Shown: positions 26,294-36,473, counted from the first letter of the stretch. The stretch is DNA of 64,000 nucleotides from Methanobacteriota archaeon (GCA_020697715.1 JAEHCO010000002.1:32001-96000); one strand, 5' to 3'. Notes: generated from the sequence alone by a model not told the origin. A program made the numbers and translations.

Positions 26294-28078
26294 ATGGCAG
26301 TAAGTTATCAGAACAAGTATCTTTCAATTGATTTGACGAATGGCACAGTGGAAACAGGGGAGCCAGACCCCGCCGAGCTGGAGAAATTCCTCGGCGGTAA
26401 GGGACTTGGATTATCCCTACTCTGCAAGCTGGACGAGAGCAAGGACGCGCTCGATCCTGGCAATCCATTGATATTCCTAACTGGCCCGCTCACAGGCACG
26501 ACCATGACCACCTCAAACAGGTCATGTGTTGTCACCCGCTCTCCACTCACAGGTGGCTTTCTGGACTCTCATGCTGGTGGTAAATACGGGACTGCGATCA
26601 AGGGCGCTGGCTATGATTATATTATTATCAAAGGCAAGTCCGACAAACCTGTTTATATCCATGTGACACCCGAAGGCACAGAGATACTGGATGCCGATGG
26701 ATTGTGGGGGAAAGGATGCTTCGAGACAGAGGATATTATCAAGGAAAGCCATCCAAAGGCCGAGATAGCCAGCATAGGGCCAGCTGGCGAGAATCTTGTT
26801 CGCTTCGCCTGCATCAGTACTGACAAATCGCGCCAGTTCGGGCGCGGTGGCGCGGGGGCCGTCATGGGCTCGAAGAATCTTAAAGCACTTGTCATCGAGG
26901 GCAGGGAGCTGACAAATTATCACAATTCGGATAAGTTCAGGGAATTGTCAAAAGCCCTGACGAAAGACGTGCTGGCTCACCCCGGCAAGGTCAAGAGGCA
27001 TGACCTCGGCACCATGATGTGGGTGCGCATGGGGCATGAAGATGGGCGTTTCCTGCCAACACGCAATTTCCAGAAGGGGCAATTCGATGAATATGAAAAG
27101 ATCACATCCGAGGCCATGAAAAAAGAGCTCGGAGGGTGGAAGAACACTGGATGTTTCAATTGCGCCATCCAGTGCTCGAAGGTTGCCATATGGGATGGCT
27201 ATGAGTTCGAGGGGCCAGAATACGAGACAACGGCCTATCTTGGATCAGGTTGCGAGATTGGGGATGCCAAGGCGGTGGCGAAGGCCAATTACATGTGCGA
27301 TGATCTTGGACTGGATACGATCTCAGCAGGCGTGACTATCTCATTCGCAATGGAGGCCGCGGATAAAGGATTATTATCCGATGAGGACAATGCCAGCATC
27401 AAATTTGGAAGTATAGAAAGCCTGCATGAGACCCTACGGAAGATCGCATATCGGGAAGGCATTGGCGACATACTGGCCGAGGGCACACGCCTTGCCTCGA
27501 GGAAGATAGGTAAGGGCAGTGAGTATTTCGCCATCCAGATAGGCGGAATGGAACTGAGCGGTGTGAACCCATTGGGCAGTTATTCCATGGCACTGGCACT
27601 GGCGACATCCGATTTTGCAAGCCATACAAGATTATGGAGCTGCTCGGATGAGATGGCGGGCAATCTGGAACTGGATACACTGCCGAATTATATTGCGGCT
27701 GGCCAGGATGATGTCAATATTCGAAATTGCTTGATAGCCTGTGATTTCTTACCCTTCGGTCTAGATAGACTAGCTCCTCTGGTTGAGGAAGCCACTGGTT
27801 TCAATACCACGAAGGAAAGCCTGCTTGCTATTGGGGAGAGGGTGCACAATCTGGCCAGGGAATACAATATGAGAACTGGACGGACTCATGATGACGACAT
27901 CTTGCCAGGTAGATTTCATGAAGAGGAATCTATCGCGGGCTTGATGGAAGGACAAAGAATTCCGAGGGAACTCTTCGAAAGCCAGCTTCAAGATTATTAC
28001 AAGCTCAGGGGCTGGGATGAGAAAGGCAGGCCGACCAGGGAGACCTTGGAAAAGGTTCATCTTGGCTCGTATATCTGA
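26294..28078 (+). CDS. Aldehyde:ferredoxin oxidoreductase (W/Mo-pterin AOR family)
   Basis: GPLTG, SPLTG, GRGGAGAVMGSKNLKA, CFNCAIQC, EGPEYET, GLDTIS, YYKLRGWD. Confidence 0.95.
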   Translation: MAVSYQNKYLSIDLTNGTVETGEPDPAELEKFLGGKGLGLSLLCKLDESKDALDPGNPLIFLTGPLTGTTMTTSNRSCVVTRSPLTGGFLDSHAGGKYGTAIKGAGYDYIIIKGKSDKPVYIHVTPEGTEILDADGLWGKGCFETEDIIKESHPKAEIASIGPAGENLVRFACISTDKSRQFGRGGAGAVMGSKNLKALVIEGRELTNYHNSDKFRELSKALTKDVLAHPGKVKRHDLGTMMWVRMGHEDGRFLPTRNFQKGQFDEYEKITSEAMKKELGGWKNTGCFNCAIQCSKVAIWDGYEFEGPEYETTAYLGSGCEIGDAKAVAKANYMCDDLGLDTISAGVTISFAMEAADKGLLSDEDNASIKFGSIESLHETLRKIAYREGIGDILAEGTRLASRKIGKGSEYFAIQIGGMELSGVNPLGSYSMALALATSDFASHTRLWSCSDEMAGNLELDTLPNYIAAGQDDVNIRNCLIACDFLPFGLDRLAPLVEEATGFNTTKESLLAIGERVHNLAREYNMRTGRTHDDDILPGRFHEEESIAGLMEGQRIPRELFESQLQDYYKLRGWDEKGRPTRETLEKVHLGSYI

Positions 28079-28229
28079 GCTTGTTAGATATCCAGCACAG
28101 AGAATAATGCCTTTAGAGTTTGTGCATATCTCACAAAATATGAAAATGTAATTTTAATGTATGAATATTCGATATATTTATATATGAATAATACACAGCT
28201 TTATATACGCAATTGTCAATTCAGGCGCG

Positions 28230-28469
28230 ATGATGATCAGGGATGATTATTATGGACGGGAAAGTGACCATATTCTATTTGATATTGTAAAAGATCGTAT
28301 GCTTAGGTCCGATCTATCCCGTTCGGAGATACATCCTCGAATGGAAACAACCGAGATCGGCATGCTTTATCTGAAGTCTTTCTTGAACAATCTTGAAGAA
28401 AAGGGAATGGGAGACAAGGATTATTCTCTCGCATTGGCCAAGGCATTTTTATCATCTGTAGCCGCATAA
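28230..28469 (+). CDS. 79-aa hypothetical protein
   Basis: TATA-like TTTATATA about 25 bp upstream (leaderless); plausible composition. Confidence 0.5.
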   Translation: MMIRDDYYGRESDHILFDIVKDRMLRSDLSRSEIHPRMETTEIGMLYLKSFLNNLEEKGMGDKDYSLALAKAFLSSVAA

Positions 28470-28583
28470 GGACTATCTGGCCCTAAAGGTTATGGCTGTT
28501 ATTGTTCAAGACCATTATATTTAACAATAGTTCTTTAGTTAAAATTATATATCCTCCTGACTTCCCGCATCAAAGGTGATATC

Positions 28584-29630
28584 ATTACTCTCAAGATAGC
28601 GATAATTGGATGTGGCGTCGTAGGCCAGGGACTCATGAAGATACTTCGTGACAAGAAAGGATTTTTGACAGAAAAATATGGATTCGACGCAGAGGTCGTG
28701 GCCATATCGGACAAGTTCAAAGGCTCGATATTGGTCAAGGATGGAATTGACCTGGACGCCCTCATCAAGCACATGGAAAGCACCGGCAAGGTGGATGGAT
28801 TCGAGGCCACTGGAGCAATAACTGGCCTGGAGCCAATAGAGACCATCAGGCAGTCGGGAGCGGATATCATCGCGGAAGCATCTTTCACAGACATCAAAAC
28901 AGGCGAGCCAGCAACTTCCCATGTAAGAGAAGCATTGGGAAGTGGAAAGCATGTCGTGACGACGAACAAGGGTCCAGTCGCCTTGTTCGTAAGAGAGCTT
29001 GAGACATTGGCGAAACAGAACAATGTCCAGTTCAGATACGAGGGCGCGGTAATGTCCGGAACCCCGATCTTCAATCTTATCGAATTCTGCCTTGCTGGCA
29101 ATGACATAAAGGAAGTGAAAGGAATCCTCAATGGGACGACCAACTTCATCCTCACCAAGATGGAAGAGGATGATATGGCATATGAGGATGCACTGGCACT
29201 TGCTCAGAAGCTCGGATATGCAGAGGCTGATCCAACTGGCGATGTGGAAGGATATGATGCACTGGCCAAGGTCATGCAATTATCCAATATCGTTCTTGGT
29301 GGAAGTCTGACCGAGGGCGATATCGAGCGCGAGGGAATAACCGGAATAACATCCGATATGATCAAAGCCGCAGCTGCCGAGGGTATGAGATACAAGCTCA
29401 TTGGATCGACACGAAAAGAGGGCGATAAGATAATCGCCTACGTGAAACCAGTGAAGATGCCTCTCAGTGATCCACTGGCAGGAGTAGGCGGTGCGATAAA
29501 CGCCCTCACATTCAGTTGTGATCTATCTGGAGATGTCACCATCCAAGGGCCAGGAGCTGGTCAGATGGAGACTGGATTCGCATTGCTCATTGACATACTG
29601 GCCATCAACTCAGCTGTTAACTGTTGCTGA
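28584..29630 (+). CDS. hom: Homoserine dehydrogenase, apparent ATT start
   Basis: KIAIIGCGVVG Rossmann motif lies 5' of the first ATG; HVVTTNKGP, GILNGTTN, GYAEADP, GPGAG. Confidence 0.93.
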   Translation: MTLKIAIIGCGVVGQGLMKILRDKKGFLTEKYGFDAEVVAISDKFKGSILVKDGIDLDALIKHMESTGKVDGFEATGAITGLEPIETIRQSGADIIAEASFTDIKTGEPATSHVREALGSGKHVVTTNKGPVALFVRELETLAKQNNVQFRYEGAVMSGTPIFNLIEFCLAGNDIKEVKGILNGTTNFILTKMEEDDMAYEDALALAQKLGYAEADPTGDVEGYDALAKVMQLSNIVLGGSLTEGDIEREGITGITSDMIKAAAAEGMRYKLIGSTRKEGDKIIAYVKPVKMPLSDPLAGVGGAINALTFSCDLSGDVTIQGPGAGQMETGFALLIDILAINSAVNCC

Positions 29631-29758
29631 TCTTCGAGCACCAGGTATACCCCGTGTAAAATGAGAATCGTGCTTCGACCTCATATCTAATTAGAATTAC
29701 CTCAAATGAATTTAGGGTATAAGGTTATAAATATCAATAACTATCGTTAATTCGAGGA

Positions 29759-30742
29759 ATGTGGATGAAAATTCTGATAGTTGAAGATTATGAGCCATCT
29801 ATAGACAAGCTGGGAGCGATCTTGACCAAGGCAGGTCATAAAGTAATTTCTGCCAAGAATGGAAGTGATGGTCTCGATAAATACCGAAAGGACGTGTATG
29901 ATGTCGTGTTCATGGACTGGACACTCCCCGATATGGATGGAAACAGGCTTGCCAGTGATATGCGTGATACCGACACAATGAGACAGAGGAATTCCTATCT
30001 CATCATGACCACTGGTAGGAATAAAAAGCATGATATGTTGGAGGCCATGGAGGCTGGTATTGATGATTTCATGCTCAAGCCCTATGATAAGGCGGTTGTA
30101 ATATCCAGGTTGACCATTGCCAAGCAGATAATGGATGCCAGGGATGATAAGACAGCCGGAATCCCCGATATCATGGACATATTTGAGAAAGAACATGAGT
30201 TAGTCAGCAGGGTGACTGGCATAATGGAGATGACATTCAATATGCTGGATGAATCACGCCCCATTCCTGAAAAGCTTCTGACATGGTGCACATCCTCCGC
30301 TTTCCTCTTGGACTTCCAGGTCCATGAGAGGAAAGAGGATTTCTATATCGAAAGGTTCATCGAGAGAGCCAAGGAAGAACATGGCAAGACCTCGGAATTG
30401 TTTTCCAGATCGTCAATGGCACAGATAATGAAGGAACATGAGATAATCAAGAAGCTCCTCATAAACATGCAGAAGACCATTAAAGATAGGAATTCTGATG
30501 GGGAATTTGACATCCTGAAATTAAAGAAATTCATTGGCCAGTATGTGGAATTGATAAGATTACACAAGGCTCGTGAGGATGATATATTCTTTCCCTTCAC
30601 TATGAGATACCTAAATCCGGATGACATCAAGTATTTGGAAGATGAATTTCTGAAGATAGACGAGAAGGTGGGCATTGAAAAGATAGATGCCAGGATAAAG
30701 ACACTGGGTCATCTTGAGGACGTCCTCAAGATCGATGTTTGA
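29759..30742 (+). CDS. Response regulator receiver fused to a hemerythrin-like (HHE) domain
   Basis: ILIVED, FMDWTLP, LKP; EH, HERKE, EH, HKAREDDIFFP. Confidence 0.88.
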   Translation: MWMKILIVEDYEPSIDKLGAILTKAGHKVISAKNGSDGLDKYRKDVYDVVFMDWTLPDMDGNRLASDMRDTDTMRQRNSYLIMTTGRNKKHDMLEAMEAGIDDFMLKPYDKAVVISRLTIAKQIMDARDDKTAGIPDIMDIFEKEHELVSRVTGIMEMTFNMLDESRPIPEKLLTWCTSSAFLLDFQVHERKEDFYIERFIERAKEEHGKTSELFSRSSMAQIMKEHEIIKKLLINMQKTIKDRNSDGEFDILKLKKFIGQYVELIRLHKAREDDIFFPFTMRYLNPDDIKYLEDEFLKIDEKVGIEKIDARIKTLGHLEDVLKIDV

Positions 30743-30838
30743 GCCTATCCACGGTTTGAATATGCATTTATGCATCAATGCATTTATCAACCTCCACTTC
30801 CACTAATCGTTAAGTAAGATGGTGTATTTTCCAGTTCC

Positions 30839-31843
30839 ATGAAGGCCGACATCAATGGAAATATCGAGGATATCCGAGCAGTCTGGATGGAAGGAAAGAC
30901 CGTCCAGATGATAGAACAGCGTTTATTACCCCACAAGCTGGAGATATTCACTGCCAGGACCGTGGATGAAGTTTGTTATTCCATAAAGGACATGGTCACA
31001 CGTGGCGCACCAGCCATTGGTGTTACAGCGGCTTATGGAATGGCACTGGCTGTCCTCACAGGCGAGGATATTCAGGATGCGGCAAAAAGATTGAAGGCCA
31101 CACGACCCACGGCATACGACCTTTTCCATGCAGTGGATCTCATGTTGGACAAGTTGACAGATGGCGAGGAAGCCGTTTCAGCAGCCGAGGATTATGCGAA
31201 TCTCATAGTTGAAAAGTGCAGGCTCATTGGAGAATATGGCGAACCTCTCATACCAGATGGAGGGGTAGTTCTCACACATTGCAATGCTGGAGCACTGGCC
31301 ACCGTGGATCACGGAACCGCGCTCGCGCCTATGAGAGCCGCCCACAATAAAGGAAAGAAGATATTCGTATTCGCGGATGAAACGCGCCCCAGACTTCAGG
31401 GCGCGGCGCTGACATCCTGGGAACTGGTGCAGGAAGGCATTGACCATGCGATAATCGCGGATAATGCAGCAGGCCATTACATGCTGAGGAAAGAGATAGA
31501 CCTGTGCATAACAGGAGCGGACAGGATAACTGCCAATGGAGACTTTGCCAATAAGATCGGAACTTATGAAAAGGCGGTTGTGGCAAAGGAGAATGGAATA
31601 CCATTCTATGTCGCGGCTCCAGTCAGCACATTTGATTTCAGCCTGGCATCTGGTATGGACATTCCAATTGAAGAGCGGGATCAGGACGAAGTGCGAGTGG
31701 TCAATGGTGGGCTAATCTGCCACAAGGATGCCAAGGCCAGGAACCCTGCTTTCGATGTCACGCCAGCGAGATTTGTTGCTGGCTTCATAACCGAGATCGG
31801 TGTGCTGAAGCCGGATGAGATCGCTCGGTTGAAGCAGTCCTAA
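30839..31843 (+). CDS. mtnA: Methylthioribose-1-phosphate isomerase
   Basis: RGAPAIG, LTHCNAGALAT, DETRPRLQG, NKIGTY, NPAFDVTP. Confidence 0.9.
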   Translation: MKADINGNIEDIRAVWMEGKTVQMIEQRLLPHKLEIFTARTVDEVCYSIKDMVTRGAPAIGVTAAYGMALAVLTGEDIQDAAKRLKATRPTAYDLFHAVDLMLDKLTDGEEAVSAAEDYANLIVEKCRLIGEYGEPLIPDGGVVLTHCNAGALATVDHGTALAPMRAAHNKGKKIFVFADETRPRLQGAALTSWELVQEGIDHAIIADNAAGHYMLRKEIDLCITGADRITANGDFANKIGTYEKAVVAKENGIPFYVAAPVSTFDFSLASGMDIPIEERDQDEVRVVNGGLICHKDAKARNPAFDVTPARFVAGFITEIGVLKPDEIARLKQS

Positions 31844-31847
31844 TGCT

Positions 31848-32897
31848 TCAGAATTCAACTTGCATCAGTGCAAATGTATTTCCATCAGATGTCTCGATTG
31901 TGACACTCAATATTGTAACTGGGTCTATCGGCCTATCATTGGATGTTGGTACCTTGCTTATTTCATCGACGATATCCATTCCATCAACAACCATACCGAA
32001 GACCGGGTGTTTTGATGGTTCGGTCGTGTAATCCAGGTAAATGTTATCAACTGTATTGATGAAGAACTGGCTACCTCCTGTGTCCGGTCCTCGATTCGCC
32101 ATGGAGATGGTTCCCCTGACATTACTTAGCTCTGGATGGAACTCATCTGGTATCATCCAGCTTGTTTCAATTGTCGAAGTTCCAAGGCCATCATGATATT
32201 CCGCGGCATGTCCACCGGTTCCATCCTTATTGGTGAAATCTCCACCCTGGATCATGAAACTCTCGATCACTCTGTGGAAAGGTACATTCCTGTATTTGCC
32301 CTGGTTGGCCAGGTCTATGAAGTTCTTGGTCGTGATAGGTGCTCTGGTCGTATACAGTTCTATTTTGATGGTCCTAGTGCCATTGGTGACTGGAGGAGTG
32401 TCATCAATATCGTCGTCTCCGTCATCAGTTGTATCATCGGTGTCATCATCTGTGGTATCGTCTGAACTGTCATCGTCTCCGTCGTCACCATCATCATCGG
32501 AGTCCACTCTTCCGAGCTCATCTCCATCGATGGTGAGGGTGTCCCCATCCTCAGAAACAGAATATGGAAAATCATCTGATGTTCCATTATCCCATTGGAT
32601 CTGGAGCACATTGTCATCCAATATCTCCCATTCGAAATTTTGTTCAAAGTTATCCGTGGTGTCTGTGTCCTCTACGACTCCTGTACCATCATCATTGAAA
32701 ATGATCTGCACATCTTGGTTTGGGACTTCCCATGTTCCCACGATCTCATTCTGCTCATTTTGTGCCTGGATTATCATATACACGCCCAATCCGGCTATTA
32801 CGATAACTGCAATGACCAGAAGGACGATCATCGTCCCTATGCCCGATGTGTCTGAATTCAACCTTCTTGAATAATTATCCTTTGCTCTTGCTTTCAT
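31848..32897 (-). CDS. Membrane-anchored extracellular cyclophilin PPIase
   Basis: N-terminal TM, IVGTW beta domain, Asp-rich linker, FHRVI..FMIQGGD, MANRGPDTGGSQFFIN. Confidence 0.93.
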   Translation of the reverse strand: MKARAKDNYSRRLNSDTSGIGTMIVLLVIAVIVIAGLGVYMIIQAQNEQNEIVGTWEVPNQDVQIIFNDDGTGVVEDTDTTDNFEQNFEWEILDDNVLQIQWDNGTSDDFPYSVSEDGDTLTIDGDELGRVDSDDDGDDGDDDSSDDTTDDDTDDTTDDGDDDIDDTPPVTNGTRTIKIELYTTRAPITTKNFIDLANQGKYRNVPFHRVIESFMIQGGDFTNKDGTGGHAAEYHDGLGTSTIETSWMIPDEFHPELSNVRGTISMANRGPDTGGSQFFINTVDNIYLDYTTEPSKHPVFGMVVDGMDIVDEISKVPTSNDRPIDPVTILSVTIETSDGNTFALMQVEF

Positions 32898-33007
32898 AGA
32901 AATGCCCCGCTTTACTTCATTATTGACATTATATTTGTATCTTTGGGATTTGTTGACATGAAATATATGAATGAATTAGAAGTAAAAATAATAATAAGAA
33001 TGAGGTA

Positions 33008-33066
33008 GAGCCGGATAAGTTGTCAGGAAGTATGTAAATCAGTGATCCTCTAGCCTTTACCGGCTC
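33008..33066. other. Intergenic stem-loop, candidate sRNA or leader
   Basis: GAGCCGG/CCGGCTC outer stem and AGGA/TCCT inner stem. Confidence 0.35.
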
Positions 33067-33121
33067 CAGTATTATTATACGTGTCTTGTTCATATAATAC
33101 TTTTGGATGAAATATTCAATA

Positions 33122-33196
33122 ACGAGCGAGCAGGCTGAATCTCAGATAAGCTGAGATTTCAGAATCTCGGCAAAGCCGAGCTTCGGCGAGTTTTCC
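33122..33196 (-). repeat. Dispersed palindromic repeat copy
   Basis: Reverse complement reads AAAACTCGCCGAAGCTCGGCTTTGCCGAG...CTCAGCTTATCTGAGATTCAGCCTGCTCGCTCG. Confidence 0.75.
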
Positions 33197-33252
33197 TAAT
33201 CTATCTCTACCATACCTTTTTAAAACACAACAATATTCATCGCCCTGATATC

Positions 33253-34452
33253 ATGAAGCTGGTAACTACCTGGTTTGGCGTGTTCATCCTGGAAGATGAC
33301 AAGATAATCGAGAAGACCCTGTTCCCCAAGGACGCGGAGGAGATCGCCAAGAGGATGAAGACCATCCAGAAAAAGCGAATACTGGCTGAAGAAGAGGAAA
33401 TGGCCGGTGGCAAACAGGTCTTTGTCTTCGATGAAAGGCTTGCCATGATCGGCGAGATGTTATTTGATAATCCACCTTTTGTTTCTCCGGATGATCATGA
33501 TTTTCCAAGCCAGCTATTGAATCAAGCAATGATCATAGTCGGCAAGGACATGGTCAGGGCAAGTGGTTCTCCTGACCAGCAGATCCTCCAGGCCATAAGG
33601 GCGATGGATGACTTTGACAAGACCATTAATTTACTTTCAGAAAGACTGCATGAATGGCATGAGATCAATTTTCCAGAATTATCAAAACTGGTCTCTGAAA
33701 AGGACTATTTCAATTTGATAGCCGAACACGGCGACCGTGAAGGTATACTGGCCAATTCCAAGATCGAAATTCCGGATTCAATGGGCTCGGATATTGGGTC
33801 TGAGGATGCGGATGCCATGAAGATGATGGCCAGTAATATCCTGTCCGCGATGGAAGCCAGAGAGAGCCTTGAAAAATTCGTGCAGAAGCGCATGGAGGCC
33901 TTCGCACCAAATACTGCTCAGATAGCTGGCCCACTTATCGGAGCCAGGCTGATATCCCTTGCTGGGAGCATGGAAAAACTTGCCAAGATACCCACGAGCA
34001 CTGTCCAGATATTGGGAGCGGAGAAGGCGTTCTTCAAGCATGTGAAGGAGAAGGTCAATCCTCCAAAACACGGGATCATCTTCCAAAATCCTCTGGTCCA
34101 TCGCGCACCATACTGGCAGAGAGGGAATGTAGCTCGGGCATTGGCCAGCAAGATATCGATGGCCGCTAAAGTTGATTTCTTCGGAGATAATAAGAACATT
34201 GCCGATGAATTGCAGAAGGACCTGGATCGAAAGGTGGCGGAGATCAAGAAGAAATATCCTGATGCTCCAGCGAAGAAACATTCTCCAACACCAGATCACA
34301 GGGCTGGTCAGAGGCCAGGGCAAGGGGGTCGACCTGGTGGAAATAGGCAGGGCGGACGTGGTGGCCGGGACAACCGAGGCCATGGCGGCGATAGGCGAAA
34401 AGGAAAGTCTGGCCAGGGTCGAAAATATGATTCCAGGCGTGGGAAGCGCTAA
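33253..34452 (+). CDS. nop5: Nop5 (Nop56/58) box C/D RNP protein with RGG-rich tail
   Basis: FPEL, APN, GARLISLAG, TVQILGAEKA, PKHGIIF. Confidence 0.95.
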   Translation: MKLVTTWFGVFILEDDKIIEKTLFPKDAEEIAKRMKTIQKKRILAEEEEMAGGKQVFVFDERLAMIGEMLFDNPPFVSPDDHDFPSQLLNQAMIIVGKDMVRASGSPDQQILQAIRAMDDFDKTINLLSERLHEWHEINFPELSKLVSEKDYFNLIAEHGDREGILANSKIEIPDSMGSDIGSEDADAMKMMASNILSAMEARESLEKFVQKRMEAFAPNTAQIAGPLIGARLISLAGSMEKLAKIPTSTVQILGAEKAFFKHVKEKVNPPKHGIIFQNPLVHRAPYWQRGNVARALASKISMAAKVDFFGDNKNIADELQKDLDRKVAEIKKKYPDAPAKKHSPTPDHRAGQRPGQGGRPGGNRQGGRGGRDNRGHGGDRRKGKSGQGRKYDSRRGKR

Positions 34453-34535
34453 GCTTTAAGCTATTCTACTTAAAAAAGCTTAATTACTTCTATCTCCTTA
34501 TCCAGATAGAAATTTAGATAGATTCGGGTGATTTC

Positions 34536-35444
34536 ATGGGGGCATCAAAGAAAAACATGGAGCCAGGTGGAAGGAACAGTATTTTATTCAAACAGAGGTT
34601 GGATTATCCATCCAAGCCTGGGCAGATCACGTATTATCCTCCTGAAGCTTCGTATGATCTTAAAAATCAGGTGAAGAAGGATAAGACCACTGGAATAATA
34701 TTCTATGTCATTGGATTCATTGTCTCGATGATGGGATTGGCAGCCGCCCTTGAAAGTATCGATGATCTGCAGCTATATTCTATATTGATACCCGTATGTT
34801 TGATAATCGGTCTTATAGCCGCATTCTTCTATCTTTATTCTGATAATGTAGCCCTGGCAAAGCTCTCGCGCACCTTGCCCATCATTCTTATGGTGGCTCT
34901 CCTCCTACTTTATATTGGAGGATTGGTCAGTGGTGCTTTGGACATTGCTAGCGACTTGGATGAAGAAGATGCAGGAGTTATCTATGAAATGATCGAAGAA
35001 TACATTTATGTACGACTACTGGCACCTTCCTTCTTTTTCATAACTGCTGGTCTGGTGATCGCAAGATCCGGTGGCACACAGTTATGGGCCGCTACAAGAA
35101 TTGTACATCAATATATGCCTGCCACTATCATTCTGGAGACTCCTGGCAAATCCACGGTTCCTACACGTGCTGTGACCAATCCATGCCGATCATGTGGTCA
35201 ATCTCTATCTTATATAGAGGAATACGATAGATTCTACTGCTATTCCTGTGAGGACTATGCGCCTCTGGCAGAAGATCCCACACCTGTGTCAAAGCCTGTG
35301 GCGACACCAGCAGTGTCAAAACCAGAACCAAAATCATCAAAGCCTGTACCAAAGGTCCCTCGCTGCAAGATCTGTAAAGATGAGCTTGATTTCATAGAGG
35401 AATACGATAGATATTATTGCTATTCCTGTGAAAAATATGGCTAA
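34536..35444 (+). CDS. Four-TM membrane protein with two C-terminal Zn-ribbon repeats
   Basis: CxxC..L.(Y/F)IEEYDR(F/Y)YCYSCE twice. Confidence 0.85.
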   Translation: MGASKKNMEPGGRNSILFKQRLDYPSKPGQITYYPPEASYDLKNQVKKDKTTGIIFYVIGFIVSMMGLAAALESIDDLQLYSILIPVCLIIGLIAAFFYLYSDNVALAKLSRTLPIILMVALLLLYIGGLVSGALDIASDLDEEDAGVIYEMIEEYIYVRLLAPSFFFITAGLVIARSGGTQLWAATRIVHQYMPATIILETPGKSTVPTRAVTNPCRSCGQSLSYIEEYDRFYCYSCEDYAPLAEDPTPVSKPVATPAVSKPEPKSSKPVPKVPRCKICKDELDFIEEYDRYYCYSCEKYG

Positions 35445-35461
35445 GTTCCATATCAGCCTTC

Positions 35462-36472
35462 TCAACCAAATGGATCGATGATGATATTCAGGTCAGTACC
35501 ACAATTCTTACACTTGCCATTATCATGCACCAGTTTGATGACATGGTATCCAATTCTTTTGATGGCCACCTGCCCACAATCCGGACAGTAAGTGCTTTCC
35601 TCATCTCTCTGTGGCACATTCCCCATATACACGAACTTGACACCCGCATCCTTGGCTATCTTGTATGCCCTTTCAAGGGTCTTGATAGGTGTTCGTCTAA
35701 TGTCCAGTGCCTTGTAATCTGGATGAAATGCTGAAAAGTGAAGAGGCGTGTTATCTCCGAGCTCATCTACCACCCACTTTGTATATCGATCCAGTTCTTC
35801 CGGGCTGTCATTCCTTCCGGGGATGAGCAATGTGACCAGCTCGATATGGATGCCAAGCTCCTTGGCCTGCATACAGGTGTCCAGAACTGGCTGTAACCTG
35901 GCCTTGGAGTATTTCATGTAAAAATCCTCCGAGAAGGCCTTCACATCTATGTTCATCGCATCCAGGTGTGGGGACAATTCCCTCATAGCCTCTTCCGTGA
36001 TGTAGCCATTTGTCACATAGCTGGTTCCAAGGCCAGCCTGATGTGCCTGCTTGCACCCATCCAGCATGAACTCATACCATATTGTGGGCTCATTGTATGT
36101 CCATGAAACACTCTGGCAGTCGAATTTTTCTGCCAGAAGAGGAACATCCACCGGAGTGATCCGCTTAAGTCCCCTTTTGCTGAATTGCTGTGATATCGAG
36201 AAATTTTGGCAGAAGTCACATCTGAAATTACATCCAATACTGCCAAATGAAAATGCTCTGGTGCGGGGCATGAAGTGATTGAGTGGTTTTTTCTCTATAG
36301 GATCTGGGCCCATGGAGGATACCAGGCCGTAAGTGGATGCGATGAGCACGCCTTTCTTATTCTCTCTAACACCGCATATGCCAGCCTTTCCAACTGGTAT
36401 CTTGCATCTGTGAGAGCAAAGGCCACATTCTACCTTTCCGCCTTCCAATGGCTTCCACATTCTTGCCTCCAT
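35462..36472 (-). CDS. amrS: AmmeMemoRadiSam-system radical SAM enzyme
   Basis: CGLCSHRC, CGVREN, DPIEKKPL, GCNFRCDFCQN, YNEPTIW, TYCPDCG. Confidence 0.92.
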   Translation of the reverse strand: MEARMWKPLEGGKVECGLCSHRCKIPVGKAGICGVRENKKGVLIASTYGLVSSMGPDPIEKKPLNHFMPRTRAFSFGSIGCNFRCDFCQNFSISQQFSKRGLKRITPVDVPLLAEKFDCQSVSWTYNEPTIWYEFMLDGCKQAHQAGLGTSYVTNGYITEEAMRELSPHLDAMNIDVKAFSEDFYMKYSKARLQPVLDTCMQAKELGIHIELVTLLIPGRNDSPEELDRYTKWVVDELGDNTPLHFSAFHPDYKALDIRRTPIKTLERAYKIAKDAGVKFVYMGNVPQRDEESTYCPDCGQVAIKRIGYHVIKLVHDNGKCKNCGTDLNIIIDPFG

Positions 36473-36473
36473 C

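Noticed and set aside
26202-26468. 88-aa minus-strand ORF with a WD40-like ending
   Set aside because: Overlaps AOR antisense; a single motif-like stretch is probably chance.
30839-31843. eIF-2B subunit or ribose-1,5-bisphosphate isomerase
   Set aside because: HCNAGALAT and ETRPRLQG fit MtnA better.
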